DNA from: a virus
Strand: one strand, 5' to 3'
IMG/VR virus record: IMGVR_UViG_3300005347_000205
Coordinates: 1 to 64,000 of that record
Length of the DNA stretch: 64,000 bases
A program made the translations under genes and the position numbers. Below the pieces are notes generated by a model, which was not told the DNA's origin, made no database searches, and saw only the letters and a program-made list of their open reading frames with translations. Shown here piece by piece: positions 1-9,437 of the stretch. The number at the start of each line of letters is the position of its first letter. The first letter of the stretch is position 1.

Positions 1-76
1 AGACGCGGACGGTCCGCAACGGCAAAATATCTGTGCGGCGATCCGTATAACCGTCTGTTCGGCCCGGATCTGACGC

Positions 77-94
77 TGGTGGGCCCGGCAGGAC
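77..94 (-). other. Putative att core: isolated tRNA 3' end (GTCCTGCCGGGCCCACCA)
   Basis: Minus strand reads as a T-stem 3' half, acceptor strand and CCA, with no tRNA body upstream; sits at the edge of the phage genes. Confidence 0.75.
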
Positions 95-109
95 AGACAA
101 TGGGTTTAT

Positions 110-152
110 TATCAATTACTTGTTGATACGATACCGTGATTCGGTACCGTGA
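110..152. promoter_or_regulatory. att arm: IHF-consensus site and direct repeats
   Basis: TATCAATTACTTG (110-122) matches WATCAANNNNTTR; TACCGTGA at 132-139 and 145-152 resembles integrase arm-type sites. Confidence 0.6.
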
Positions 153-194
153 AATCGATGGGCTTCGTAGACACCGATAGGGACCGCTGGGGAA

Positions 195-413
195 TCACCT
201 AGCCGCCCGGTCGATCCGCGCCTTGTAATCCTCGGCCATGATCTGGCCGGCAATTTCGGTGAAACAGCGCCGCTGGAAATCCTCGTTGCTGGGAAACTCC
301 GCCTGGCACTTGTCCCTTAGTTCCTGCTGAGGCGACTTCGCATAGCCATCACCGTTCGGCCCGGAGCAGCCGGCCAGGAGGAGCAGTGCTGAGCTTATTC
401 CTGCGATCTTCAT
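195..413 (-). CDS. Small lipoprotein (possible superinfection exclusion)
   Basis: Signal peptide with lipobox LLAG-C; next to att. Confidence 0.7.
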   Translation of the reverse strand: MKIAGISSALLLLAGCSGPNGDGYAKSPQQELRDKCQAEFPSNEDFQRRCFTEIAGQIMAEDYKARIDRAAR

Positions 414-547
414 ACGCCACCCGAATCCATGAGCGTCATTATGGGTCGGCGTCTCTTATATCGCTATCCGTTCTGAAAACCAGACGAGCCCAGTCGACCG
501 ATCCGGACGCCATGTAATGGCAAGAAATGGCTAAAACCGACTTCGAA

Positions 548-2557
548 TTAGCTGTTAACGAAGCCTGATGCGGTTATACGCCCTCGGCGGACGCCGCCGA
601 TATAAAATTCCCACTCACTGGTTCCGCGGTTGAAAACCATGTAGTCATTGGAGTCATAGGCTTCGAGCGGGTTGTTCCCTGAAAAGGTCGAGTAACGCGT
701 TCCGTCGCGGGCCGTGCCACTCCGCCACGTCACACCTCCGGTTATGTCGCCACCTAGATTGTTCGCGAACCATGGCTCACAAGCCGAAACACCGGCCGGC
801 GCATTGATCCCGTAGCGGCCGTTGTTTCTTACGTCGGGCCCGACAATCTGCAGTACGGTAGGGAGGCCGCTATTCATTCGAATGCCGTCACGGTTGTTCT
901 TGTAGTAGGTGCCGCCTACGACCTGGACAGTCGCATATCCGAAATTCTGAACGAACAAGGCGTCCAAGGTGTTCGAGCAATTCCACGTGCCAACGAACGT
1001 ACACCAGCCGGTTCCGATCAGGCTGTCGTTGAGGAGAACACCGTAGCCGTAATTACCATCGATTGAACAACCCTTGCCAAACATAAACTCGCGGTTCTGT
1101 ACCCCGACCATGGCATTGTCGATTTTCACACCGCCGGATGTTCCCAGAAGCCCGCACGCAATGATATCTAGATCATCGATATAGACCCCGCCCAGGCCGC
1201 CGCCGAAATGCATTCCCCAGCCACCCATGCCGCCGATTTTGCCGTGGTGAAGAAATAGACCAGCTGCAGCCGCGCTGGTATTGTTACGAGCTGAGTTGGC
1301 TCTGATGCCGGTACCACGTCCGTGATAGTCCATGCCATGGATGTAAACATAGTCCATGCCGTCAAGCCATACGAGATCGAAAAGCTTCTCATTCCCGTCC
1401 TGGCCGCCCAATGTTACATCATTTAGGCGGCTACGACAGAAATTATATGCATGGATTCCACAGCCTCCTGACATGGTGGTGTTGGAATCAATTCTGAATC
1501 CTTCCAGAACCCAGTTGATCGAATTATAAGACTGGTTTCCAATTGTTATTACATCGCTGGTAGAACTCGCGCCATTATACATCAGCACCGACTGATAGTC
1601 GCGACCTTCAATAGCGATATTGCTTGCGGCTTTGCTCAGCGGGGTCGTGAAATTGTAAACCCGCGAGTCCAGGCGCCCGACGTAGCCTGACTGTAACGCT
1701 GCGAACCAGCGCGTGACAGCTTGATCATCAGTGGTGCTGTTCGACCCGGTATATCCGAACCGCTCTGGCGTCAGGCCAGACATCTTTACATAGTGCGTCA
1801 GCGGTAGCGTGACTTCGTTAGTCAAGCTGCTGCTGTGGCCAACCTGTGCTGCACCGCCTGCGCCAGCCAAGGCTCCAGAATTAAGCGGAGTGAACCCGAG
1901 GGCGGTAATAATTGCACTTTGTGTTATCGTTGCAGCACTCCCGTCCGCGCCCTTGATATCCGAGAGGGCGACCAGGTTGATCCAAGAGGAATCGCCAGCA
2001 TAGCGCCACTGGATATGCGTTGCGCTTTTCTGAATCTCGACCTGTTTGCCTGGGTCACCTTTGCCGAATGGCACACCGTCGGTCCATTCGCCGGCCGGCC
2101 CAAGGCGGAAGTACAGGGTGCCGCCATCTACATCGGTAGCGATATAAGCGAACGGGGGCTCTTCGGCATCGTAAAGATCCCGCTCGACGAGCGTACCGAC
2201 CTGGTCAACGGTGAATGATTGTCCATCAGCACCAGCCGAGCCGCGGATGTTGACCGCCTCGGCTAGGACGCTGGTCAGCCCGTCGGGCCCCACATAGGAG
2301 CCGATTGGAGGCTTGGTCGTACCAGGCGGACCGCCAACCCAGTCCGCGACTGTAAGAACGCTGCGCGCGCCGTCCGTATGGATGGCCAGGAGCGGCGACC
2401 AGCCGCGAAAGTTCTTGGCCAGTTTCGCTAGTGACGGGACGGGACCTGCATCAGTGCCCTGATCGAAATTGTCGGCACCGTTCACGATACCGTCGAGGCG
2501 GTCCATGTTGACCGCCGCTTTGGTGACTTTCGCTTGAAACTCGGTCGCAGTGGTCAC
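548..2557 (-). CDS. Tailspike / depolymerase-like receptor-binding protein
   Basis: N-terminal virion-attachment-like segment (VPSLAKL), collagen-like G-X-Y pieces, long G/N/I/V-rich beta-helix-like region. Confidence 0.75.
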   Translation of the reverse strand: MTTATEFQAKVTKAAVNMDRLDGIVNGADNFDQGTDAGPVPSLAKLAKNFRGWSPLLAIHTDGARSVLTVADWVGGPPGTTKPPIGSYVGPDGLTSVLAEAVNIRGSAGADGQSFTVDQVGTLVERDLYDAEEPPFAYIATDVDGGTLYFRLGPAGEWTDGVPFGKGDPGKQVEIQKSATHIQWRYAGDSSWINLVALSDIKGADGSAATITQSAIITALGFTPLNSGALAGAGGAAQVGHSSSLTNEVTLPLTHYVKMSGLTPERFGYTGSNSTTDDQAVTRWFAALQSGYVGRLDSRVYNFTTPLSKAASNIAIEGRDYQSVLMYNGASSTSDVITIGNQSYNSINWVLEGFRIDSNTTMSGGCGIHAYNFCRSRLNDVTLGGQDGNEKLFDLVWLDGMDYVYIHGMDYHGRGTGIRANSARNNTSAAAAGLFLHHGKIGGMGGWGMHFGGGLGGVYIDDLDIIACGLLGTSGGVKIDNAMVGVQNREFMFGKGCSIDGNYGYGVLLNDSLIGTGWCTFVGTWNCSNTLDALFVQNFGYATVQVVGGTYYKNNRDGIRMNSGLPTVLQIVGPDVRNNGRYGINAPAGVSACEPWFANNLGGDITGGVTWRSGTARDGTRYSTFSGNNPLEAYDSNDYMVFNRGTSEWEFYIGGVRRGRITASGFVNS

Positions 2558-2642
2558 GCGAATGTGTCTCCGGAAGCAGCGCCTCCGGAGATCAATATCA
2601 TTTCATCCGAAAATATTCAACCTTATGGTGAAATTCACCCCT

Positions 2643-3296
2643 TCACAGTCGATGAGCAAACGACTCGATCCGGTTCAAGCTCTCGACGGGTGCGGCGAGC
2701 TCGGTCGAGCCGCCGTGTAGTTTCCCGTGCTCACTGATGACCTCATCGGCAAGTTCGAAAATCTGGAAACTGAAGCCCTCCCGGACTACCCCAAGAACGA
2801 CAATATTCGTATGTTTGCTGGGTATAGAACCGTGGAAGAGGCCGTCGCTCACCGTGCCACTCACGATATGAAAGTCGTATTTTGCGCCGCGGATGATCGC
2901 ATGGAGATCAATAACTTCATCTGATTCCGGAAACGCCGGGTTGCCACCATCCATCTGGATCAGCCCTGCGACCACGTTAACGACGCCATCCGCGATCGCA
3001 TTCCGAACGCGACGTTCCTTCAGGTCCATTCCGGAATTATGTCCCATCAGAAGCCAAACGTCATCGACATCAAGAACCTTCGCGAGCTTCTCACCCCTCG
3101 CAGGAAGTGGTCGAGCTTCACCCTTCAGCCACTTCCGGATTGTCTCGTAGCTCACATCAACGCCCTGACTGTGGAGCTGCTTGCGCAACCATTGAAGCCT
3201 GCCGTAATTGAGCGCCGGGCAGTGGGGATGCACATCGCACGCATGTTCGAGCCGCGTTGCAAAAGCCGGATCGCGAACGATTGATGAAACGCCCAT
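2643..3296 (-). CDS. XRE-family HTH regulator (probable repressor)
   Basis: FATRL...VSYETIRKWLKGEARP...LAKVLDVDDVWLLMG HTH; start placed at the ATG after GAGGG. Confidence 0.8.
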   Translation of the reverse strand: MGVSSIVRDPAFATRLEHACDVHPHCPALNYGRLQWLRKQLHSQGVDVSYETIRKWLKGEARPLPARGEKLAKVLDVDDVWLLMGHNSGMDLKERRVRNAIADGVVNVVAGLIQMDGGNPAFPESDEVIDLHAIIRGAKYDFHIVSGTVSDGLFHGSIPSKHTNIVVLGVVREGFSFQIFELADEVISEHGKLHGGSTELAAPVESLNRIESFAHRL

Positions 3297-3376
3297 GGTA
3301 GTCCCTCTTAGGTATATCAACTCGTGATTGCAGCGATATGATAGCCTTTTGGGTGACTGTCAACCTACAGTTGAAT

Positions 3377-3763
3377 TTATTTACACAAACGGTTGAGAGA
3401 ATCCACTGCTTCGTGAGGTGAACGGGCGAGAATATAGATCCCGCCAGCTAGCGTCCATGCGCGCTCGTAGTTGGTCTGAACGGTGGACTGGCGACCGATG
3501 GCGGCCTTGATTTCGATGTCGACGGCGCGGCCGCGGAATGAGCCTTTGATGTCGCCCGACCCCGGCAACCCGAACCGGATTATACGGGCATCCGCCAATA
3601 TCATCATACCGGGGACAACCTTCACGTACTGCCCTACCGGCGGCGTGACATTCCTGCCCTGCCATGCCTGCCCCGTATTGTTGCGATAGAACAATGAACC
3701 TGTAAGCTTGGACACCGCGACGAGGGTGTCATTCAGAATTTTCTTCTCCGATGCTCCGGACAT
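3377..3763 (-). CDS. VRR-NUC (PD-(D/E)XK) nuclease
   Basis: SEKKI...GLPGSGDI...IEIKA..GRQS..Q motifs. Confidence 0.85.
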   Translation of the reverse strand: MSGASEKKILNDTLVAVSKLTGSLFYRNNTGQAWQGRNVTPPVGQYVKVVPGMMILADARIIRFGLPGSGDIKGSFRGRAVDIEIKAAIGRQSTVQTNYERAWTLAGGIYILARSPHEAVDSLNRLCK

Positions 3764-3765
3764 CT

Positions 3766-5262
3766 CTACCTCCAACGTGCTGCCGCTACCGAACGGCCGC
3801 GGCAACGCGCCGACGCCCACTTGCCCGGCTCCGGGTAGCCTCGCGCCTCACCAAGCCGCTTGAAATCAAGCCAGGATTTACACGCCTTCTCCTCGCGCTC
3901 GCGTTGAGCACGGATACGACGCTTCATCTCAGCCTGTTCGAGTTTTTTGAGCTTCCCATCGGTAACCTCGACCTTACGGATTTGAGCTGGAAATTCGGTT
4001 CCGCAAGCGCAGGTTTTCACGCCAGAGTATGATACCCTGAAACATACGAGACACTGTCTAACGGGTGTCGCATCATCGTTACACCCGGATGCTGCCCGAC
4101 GCGCCGCGCGGCCGAGCAGGCTCCACTCTCGATCCGAATCCGGGAGACCGAGATTTCGCGTGATCGCGTTACCTGCGTGGTCACAGATGACAGCCGGATC
4201 GGGCGGCCGAAGTCCGCGGCCACACCATTGCAGATGATTGACAAGCGATCGGGTACCAGCTGCGATACCGACATAGCGGATGTTCGGCACGTCATAGCCT
4301 TCGCCGAAAAGGCCAACATTGACGCCGAGCAGAAGGTCACCGGCACGAAACGCGTCGTCGAAATAGTCGCGCTGCTTGTCGTTCATTTCCCCATCGACGT
4401 GCATCGCAGGAATGCCGTGAGCATTGAACTCATCGGCGATGTGACGACTATGCCTGCGGTTCTGGGCAAAGACTATGCCTTGGAAGCCCTTGGCGAGCCG
4501 TAGATAATGCTCGACAACACTGCCCACGATCTTAGGCTTGTCCACTACCTGGGCCGCTGCCTCGCGCGCGAAGTCGCCAGCGACGCTCTTGACCCCTGTG
4601 AAATCTGGCGTGTCCGGCGCAAAATATTCGTACCGGGCGAGATATCCCTGTTCAATCAGCCAGGATACGGGAGGACCGGGGACCATCACGTCGAACTGGT
4701 CATCGAGGCCACGACCGTCGAGCCGTTCCGGGGTGGCCGTCAGTCCGAGAATATAGGCGTCGGGATCGGCCTCAAGTATCGCCGAATAGGTGTCGCTGGT
4801 TGCGTGGTGAGCCTCGTCGACGACGCGGAGGTTCGATGGGAATGCGTGCGACATGCGACGGATCAGCGTCTGGATGCCGACCAGGTGCAGCATGGCATCC
4901 GGGTCGTAATCGAACTTGGCGGCAATGAAGCTGTGATCGAGTCCAGAGCCTGTGAAGGATTTGCTCGTCTGCCTGATCAGTTCCTTGCGGTGGACCAGAA
5001 ACTGGCTGTGCATGTCGCGAGCAGTGGTGCTGAGCAGTGCGGCTTCGGCCATCTTGGTCTTACCAGAGCCGGTCGGCGACTGCAGCAGGACTCGCCTGTA
5101 ACCCTGGCGCATGTAAGCCGCGGCGGCGGTGAGCATGTCGCGCTGAAAGTCGCGCAACCATGGTGGCAGCAGCTCCTCGACGATCGGTACCGGAATATGC
5201 GCGATTGCTGGATTGAGAGTAGCGATCGAGAAGAGGAGCGCGTCGCGGGGGCTGAGGATCAT
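3766..5262 (-). CDS. SF2 DEAH-box helicase with C-terminal Zn finger
   Basis: SPTGSGKT, DEAHH, TATPER, QWCGRGLR, CxxC...CxC. Confidence 0.92.
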   Translation of the reverse strand: MILSPRDALLFSIATLNPAIAHIPVPIVEELLPPWLRDFQRDMLTAAAAYMRQGYRRVLLQSPTGSGKTKMAEAALLSTTARDMHSQFLVHRKELIRQTSKSFTGSGLDHSFIAAKFDYDPDAMLHLVGIQTLIRRMSHAFPSNLRVVDEAHHATSDTYSAILEADPDAYILGLTATPERLDGRGLDDQFDVMVPGPPVSWLIEQGYLARYEYFAPDTPDFTGVKSVAGDFAREAAAQVVDKPKIVGSVVEHYLRLAKGFQGIVFAQNRRHSRHIADEFNAHGIPAMHVDGEMNDKQRDYFDDAFRAGDLLLGVNVGLFGEGYDVPNIRYVGIAAGTRSLVNHLQWCGRGLRPPDPAVICDHAGNAITRNLGLPDSDREWSLLGRAARRAASGCNDDATPVRQCLVCFRVSYSGVKTCACGTEFPAQIRKVEVTDGKLKKLEQAEMKRRIRAQREREEKACKSWLDFKRLGEARGYPEPGKWASARCRGRSVAAARWR

Positions 5263-7175
5263 ACAGCGATCGCGAAATACGCCGGCGCTGACCACTTGAA
5301 GATCCTGACCGGCTTCACGAGCTCTGGGCGCTTGTCGAACCCTATGTCCATGAGGATCTCGCGTGCCTCGGCGACATAGCGATCATAATCTATGTCCGCA
5401 GGCAATTCGTCAGGTAGGTCCATTAGCGGCCGGCAGCCGTCCGTCTTCGAGACCTTCTTGTAATTTCCGGTCGTCTCGTGCGGCGTTTTATAGAGGATCT
5501 CTTCGCCGTCCTTGGCCCAGTAGTAGCGCACCACCTTGCCCAGATAGTCACCGCGCCAGGTGCCGCCGCCTTTCACGTTCACCACGGTGACGAAGTCCCG
5601 GATATCCGTCTGGGCGCGGATATAGTCCTCGATATCGGTGCCCTTGGTGATGAGCTCTACCACTGCGTCTGAGCACACGCCGGCGTTTGGGTTCTTCATC
5701 AACTGGGTTCTGGTGCCCTCTTTGTAGGGATTCGCCAGGGTGCCCTTGCGTTTGACCTTTCCGTCCTCGGTGATCGCGATATAGGTGTTAACGGACAGGC
5801 TGTAGAGGGACTGGTAGTATGTCGCCTCAAGGTTTATCCCGGTGTCTTTCTCCCACTGTCGCGATATCGCGTCGAGGATGTCGAGCTTATCGCGCGGGCA
5901 GTTGAAGACAACGCCGTCTGTGTTAGCAGATACAACCGGTATGCCTGCCAGTTCTGATCGCTCAATCAGCATGAGCAGGAGCAACTGCCCAGTCAGCGTG
6001 ACAGTTACCAGAAGATGCGGTGCGTACAGGACAGAATAGGGCGACCCGCTCTTCCCGAACAAGGCCCCGTTTAGCGCGATTTTAAGACCTTCATTCGTGA
6101 CAGTATCACCGCTGCGCTTGGCAATAACGCGGTCATCGAGCATCTTCTGAGCGACTGGTAGATAGCTCGGTCCACACGACTTCGGATATAAGCCAGAATT
6201 GATGATCATCGTCGGATAGAAGGAGGTCCCGTCCTGATCAACGAGCTGATTGTCGTCATCGGAGTGAACTGCTCGATTGGACTCAGTCGAGTGAAGTCCG
6301 CCGATACCCATGCGGTACGTGGAACCACCTAGCGTGATCTGTTTATCGGTCAGCCAGTACGGTAGATCGACCTTACCGTTTGGCTGGACGATGAAATCGG
6401 TCGTCCGCAGCCGCTCCAGCACGTCACGCAACTCGGCGGTCTCGAACCGCATGTTTGCGGGCACTTTGTATTTGAACATCGTACCCGCAGGTGTCTGGAC
6501 TTTCTCGACCCGTTCGCCTGTAGCCTTCTCGACGCGGCTCTTGACGATAGCCTCACCAAGCTGCGAATCGCTCTTGGACATAAAGTTCAGGCCGTACTCG
6601 GCGCCCAGGGCGGCACGAAGCTCAAGCGCCGGTTCAAGCGCGTAGAACAGCTCCATCGTGCCGGCGAGGTCGTTGCCCATGTACGCCAACGTCTTATCCA
6701 TCTCATCCGGCGTGAGACAGGCGTCGGGGCTGTACGGGAGATCCTGGAGCTTCTTGCTGTGCATCCGCCCCATCAGGGTCTTGAGACTGGCGAAGGCGTT
6801 TGGCTGCGGCTCGATGAGGTCGATGATCTGCCAGTTGCGCGGCACCTCGACGCCGAGAACTTCGCGGGCGTGCCAGTATTTCATTCCGCCGAGGATGATT
6901 CTGTCATTCGCCTGCTTAAGCGACGCATTCGAGGCGCCGCTGATCCACATCGCGATCATGGGTGCGTCGTAATTCTGAAAATTGTAACCGACGACAGTGT
7001 GGCAGCGCATGATGCTGGTGATGTGGGCGCGCTCTTGCTCTGTCAGCGGCTTCCGTTCGGAATGTTCATATACTACCGTCTTTCGGTCGCTCAGGCGAAT
7101 GAAGCCGATTGACGCGAAGTTAGGATGGCATTCGGTGTCGCAGACAACTGTCTTGGCTGGATCATAGAAGGTCAA
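5259..7175 (-). CDS. Family B-type phage DNA polymerase with 3'-5' exonuclease
   Basis: DTE (ExoI), YNFQNYD (ExoII), YMGND (ExoIII), DGTSFYP (A), KIALNGALFG (B), NTDG (C). Confidence 0.9.
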   Translation of the reverse strand: MTFYDPAKTVVCDTECHPNFASIGFIRLSDRKTVVYEHSERKPLTEQERAHITSIMRCHTVVGYNFQNYDAPMIAMWISGASNASLKQANDRIILGGMKYWHAREVLGVEVPRNWQIIDLIEPQPNAFASLKTLMGRMHSKKLQDLPYSPDACLTPDEMDKTLAYMGNDLAGTMELFYALEPALELRAALGAEYGLNFMSKSDSQLGEAIVKSRVEKATGERVEKVQTPAGTMFKYKVPANMRFETAELRDVLERLRTTDFIVQPNGKVDLPYWLTDKQITLGGSTYRMGIGGLHSTESNRAVHSDDDNQLVDQDGTSFYPTMIINSGLYPKSCGPSYLPVAQKMLDDRVIAKRSGDTVTNEGLKIALNGALFGKSGSPYSVLYAPHLLVTVTLTGQLLLLMLIERSELAGIPVVSANTDGVVFNCPRDKLDILDAISRQWEKDTGINLEATYYQSLYSLSVNTYIAITEDGKVKRKGTLANPYKEGTRTQLMKNPNAGVCSDAVVELITKGTDIEDYIRAQTDIRDFVTVVNVKGGGTWRGDYLGKVVRYYWAKDGEEILYKTPHETTGNYKKVSKTDGCRPLMDLPDELPADIDYDRYVAEAREILMDIGFDKRPELVKPVRIFKWSAPAYFAIAV

Positions 7176-7939
7176 GCCGGGTCTCCGAGAAGATTTTCGA
7201 ACGTAGCGGCAGGCACTTTGCGCCAGACATAGCCACGGTAAGTGGGCTTATGACCACTACAAACGCTGTATATGTTCTGCCATTTGAAGGTTGGATTGGC
7301 TGCGATAATATCTTCAACGCTGTCCCAACGGCGAACGAACTCCCCTGCTCTTGTGAACTGGAGAAAATCATTCTTGAGCTTCTTGGTTACCGAGACACTT
7401 CGCGCTACTGCACGGCGATTGGCAGGATCGGACCAATACTGCTTCGAGGCCGTACTTATCCGGGAACGCCACTCGTTACCGTAGCAGCCAAGCATGTGTC
7501 GGAACTTCGCGTTGGCGCGCATGGCGGCTTTCTGCGCGTCACTCCAATAGTTGCCGTAATTAGGATTGGCTGGACCGGTGACGCTTGCCGCCATAGTCGC
7601 GCGAGTCTCATCATGTACGATCATTCTGGTCGAACTGTCCCGGCGCAGATTGAAGCCGTGGGCTCGATCGCATGTCTTAAAATGATCAATCCAAAAAAGC
7701 TCGCGATCTGCGATGAATTGTTCATCAACCGACCGAAACGATTCTAGGATCTCAACCTTGAAGGCGACCCAACCGTACTTTTGAACAGCGTTCCAGAGAT
7801 GGCGGTTGCAATCTTTAGGTCGTGGGGACTTTCCGAGCGTGTGCCGGTGCGTCCATATCCGGCCTTCGACCTTCACCGACTTGCCGATGTACCGTTTGCC
7901 GCTGGTGATGTGTCGGATGCAGTAGATACCAATCGTCAT
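7172..7939 (-). CDS. Free-standing GIY-YIG homing endonuclease with NUMOD-like DNA-binding tail
   Basis: GIYCI...RYIGKS, ANPNYG, C-terminal TYRGYVWR. Confidence 0.9.
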   Translation of the reverse strand: MTIGIYCIRHITSGKRYIGKSVKVEGRIWTHRHTLGKSPRPKDCNRHLWNAVQKYGWVAFKVEILESFRSVDEQFIADRELFWIDHFKTCDRAHGFNLRRDSSTRMIVHDETRATMAASVTGPANPNYGNYWSDAQKAAMRANAKFRHMLGCYGNEWRSRISTASKQYWSDPANRRAVARSVSVTKKLKNDFLQFTRAGEFVRRWDSVEDIIAANPTFKWQNIYSVCSGHKPTYRGYVWRKVPAATFENLLGDPA

Positions 7940-8637
7940 CCCAGCAGTCCCCTCGCTACGTCGGTCCCCGCGAGCCCGCGATCAAAGGCGACCCGGTCGG
8001 CGGCAATCCGGCCCATGAAATATTCGGGTTCTAGGCTGCGGCTGCCGCGCGCGCGGCCGTCCTGGAGATCTAGCCCCGCGTCCTTCATCGCCTGGGCGAC
8101 CAGGGCGTCATGGACGACGATCAGTCCGTTCCCTGCCGGCTGTTCGGGCTTCAGCGCGCGAATGCGCTCAGCCAGGCGGTCCGCCATGCCGTCGAGGAAC
8201 GGGAGAACGGTCCGGCGCTGGCGTGATGTCAGGAACCCAAGCGCGTCACCGACCAGGCGACGCTGCTGCCGGCGCATGGCGCCCGTGCAGATCTCCAGCA
8301 TATAGCAGGCGACCTGAACCTCGTGGGCGAAGCCGAAGAAGCTGACCTCGGGAACCTCGCCTGGGCGGGCGCCCCAATAGCGCGCACCAGTGAGGTAGGA
8401 GACGGCCGCTGCGACTTTCCACAGCCGCGCACCAACGTGATCTTCATGACGTTCGCTGTGCCGCTCGAACGGCGAGCTACGCAGTTCAGCTTCGTCGAGG
8501 GTCATGTTATATTTTTCAAGCAGGCGCGCGAGCATCTCCGCAGCAGCGATCGCTTCTTCTTCGGTACAGCCGTTCCCCACCGTTTTCGCACGCAACGCAC
8601 GAATGCGGGCGGCGATTTTCTCGCGCTCTCCGTTCAT
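7936..8637 (-). CDS. DUF2786-like protein
   Basis: N-terminal IRALRAK....CTEEEAIAAAEMLARLLEKYN pattern. Confidence 0.75.
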   Translation of the reverse strand: MNGEREKIAARIRALRAKTVGNGCTEEEAIAAAEMLARLLEKYNMTLDEAELRSSPFERHSERHEDHVGARLWKVAAAVSYLTGARYWGARPGEVPEVSFFGFAHEVQVACYMLEICTGAMRRQQRRLVGDALGFLTSRQRRTVLPFLDGMADRLAERIRALKPEQPAGNGLIVVHDALVAQAMKDAGLDLQDGRARGSRSLEPEYFMGRIAADRVAFDRGLAGTDVARGLLG

Positions 8638-8730
8638 TCAGATACCTTCGCAGACGCTTCCGAACTTCATGCGTGTATTTCACCACATAGTTGTATTCCC
8701 CGGCAGCCGAAGCCACCGGGGTGTACGAAA

Positions 8731-9426
8731 TCAGCCCAAGGGATCGTCGTCGTCAGTGGTGGCCGGAGACGCAAATGCGTCGTCCTCGCCCTCTTCTTCG
8801 TCCATGGCCGAGTTGGCGTCGACACGCTTGGCGCCGAATGGTTCGCCGTGGCGCTTATGTTGAACGACTTCGAGCGAAGCGTTGATGCGATCCGGGTTTT
8901 TGTCCTTCGACCCATCATACGCATAGATGCGAATGATCGCGTTGACGTAGCAACCGCCGTAGAGCAGCGCGTCAGCCGGGGTCAGCTGGCGGAACTTCTT
9001 CTCCCCGGTGCGCTGGTCGACCTCCTTACGCGGGCCAATCAGCTGCAGCGGGTTCGGCGCATCAAGCGATTTCACCTTCTTCTTGGCGCTGATATACATC
9101 TGCCCTTTGTAGCCGTCATAGAGCGGCTCGCGGGTGCCGTCGATCTCGGGCTCACCGTCGCGCATGCAGCGGCGCTCAGCGGGAATCTTCTTGTTTTGGC
9201 CAGGCCATTTCGCTTCACGGGCCGCCACCATTGCTTCCGTGACCGCCTTAATTTGGTCTGCGTGCGTAACCTTGTCGAGAAGAAGCACACAGTTGTAGCT
9301 GATGTCCTTGACCTTCTGGCCCGTATTTGGGTCGACCTTATCACCCTCCTGAACCTGGGGTTCGAACAGATTGTCGAAGCTCAGTCGAACGTCCTTCAGT
9401 TTGATCTCAATATTGGTGTCAGCCAT
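8731..9426 (-). CDS. Phage ssDNA-binding protein (DUF2815 / gp2.5-like)
   Basis: VRLSFDNLFEP, LYGGCYVNA, acidic C-terminal tail; typical position. Confidence 0.85.
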   Translation of the reverse strand: MADTNIEIKLKDVRLSFDNLFEPQVQEGDKVDPNTGQKVKDISYNCVLLLDKVTHADQIKAVTEAMVAAREAKWPGQNKKIPAERRCMRDGEPEIDGTREPLYDGYKGQMYISAKKKVKSLDAPNPLQLIGPRKEVDQRTGEKKFRQLTPADALLYGGCYVNAIIRIYAYDGSKDKNPDRINASLEVVQHKRHGEPFGAKRVDANSAMDEEEGEDDAFASPATTDDDDPLG

Positions 9427-9437
9427 TCTTCAGTCCT

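Noticed and set aside
7172-7939. Group I intron or intein around the homing endonucleases (also 16233 and 30200)
   Set aside because: Flanking genes are intact and the nucleases are coupled by overlapping start/stop codons, so they are free-standing
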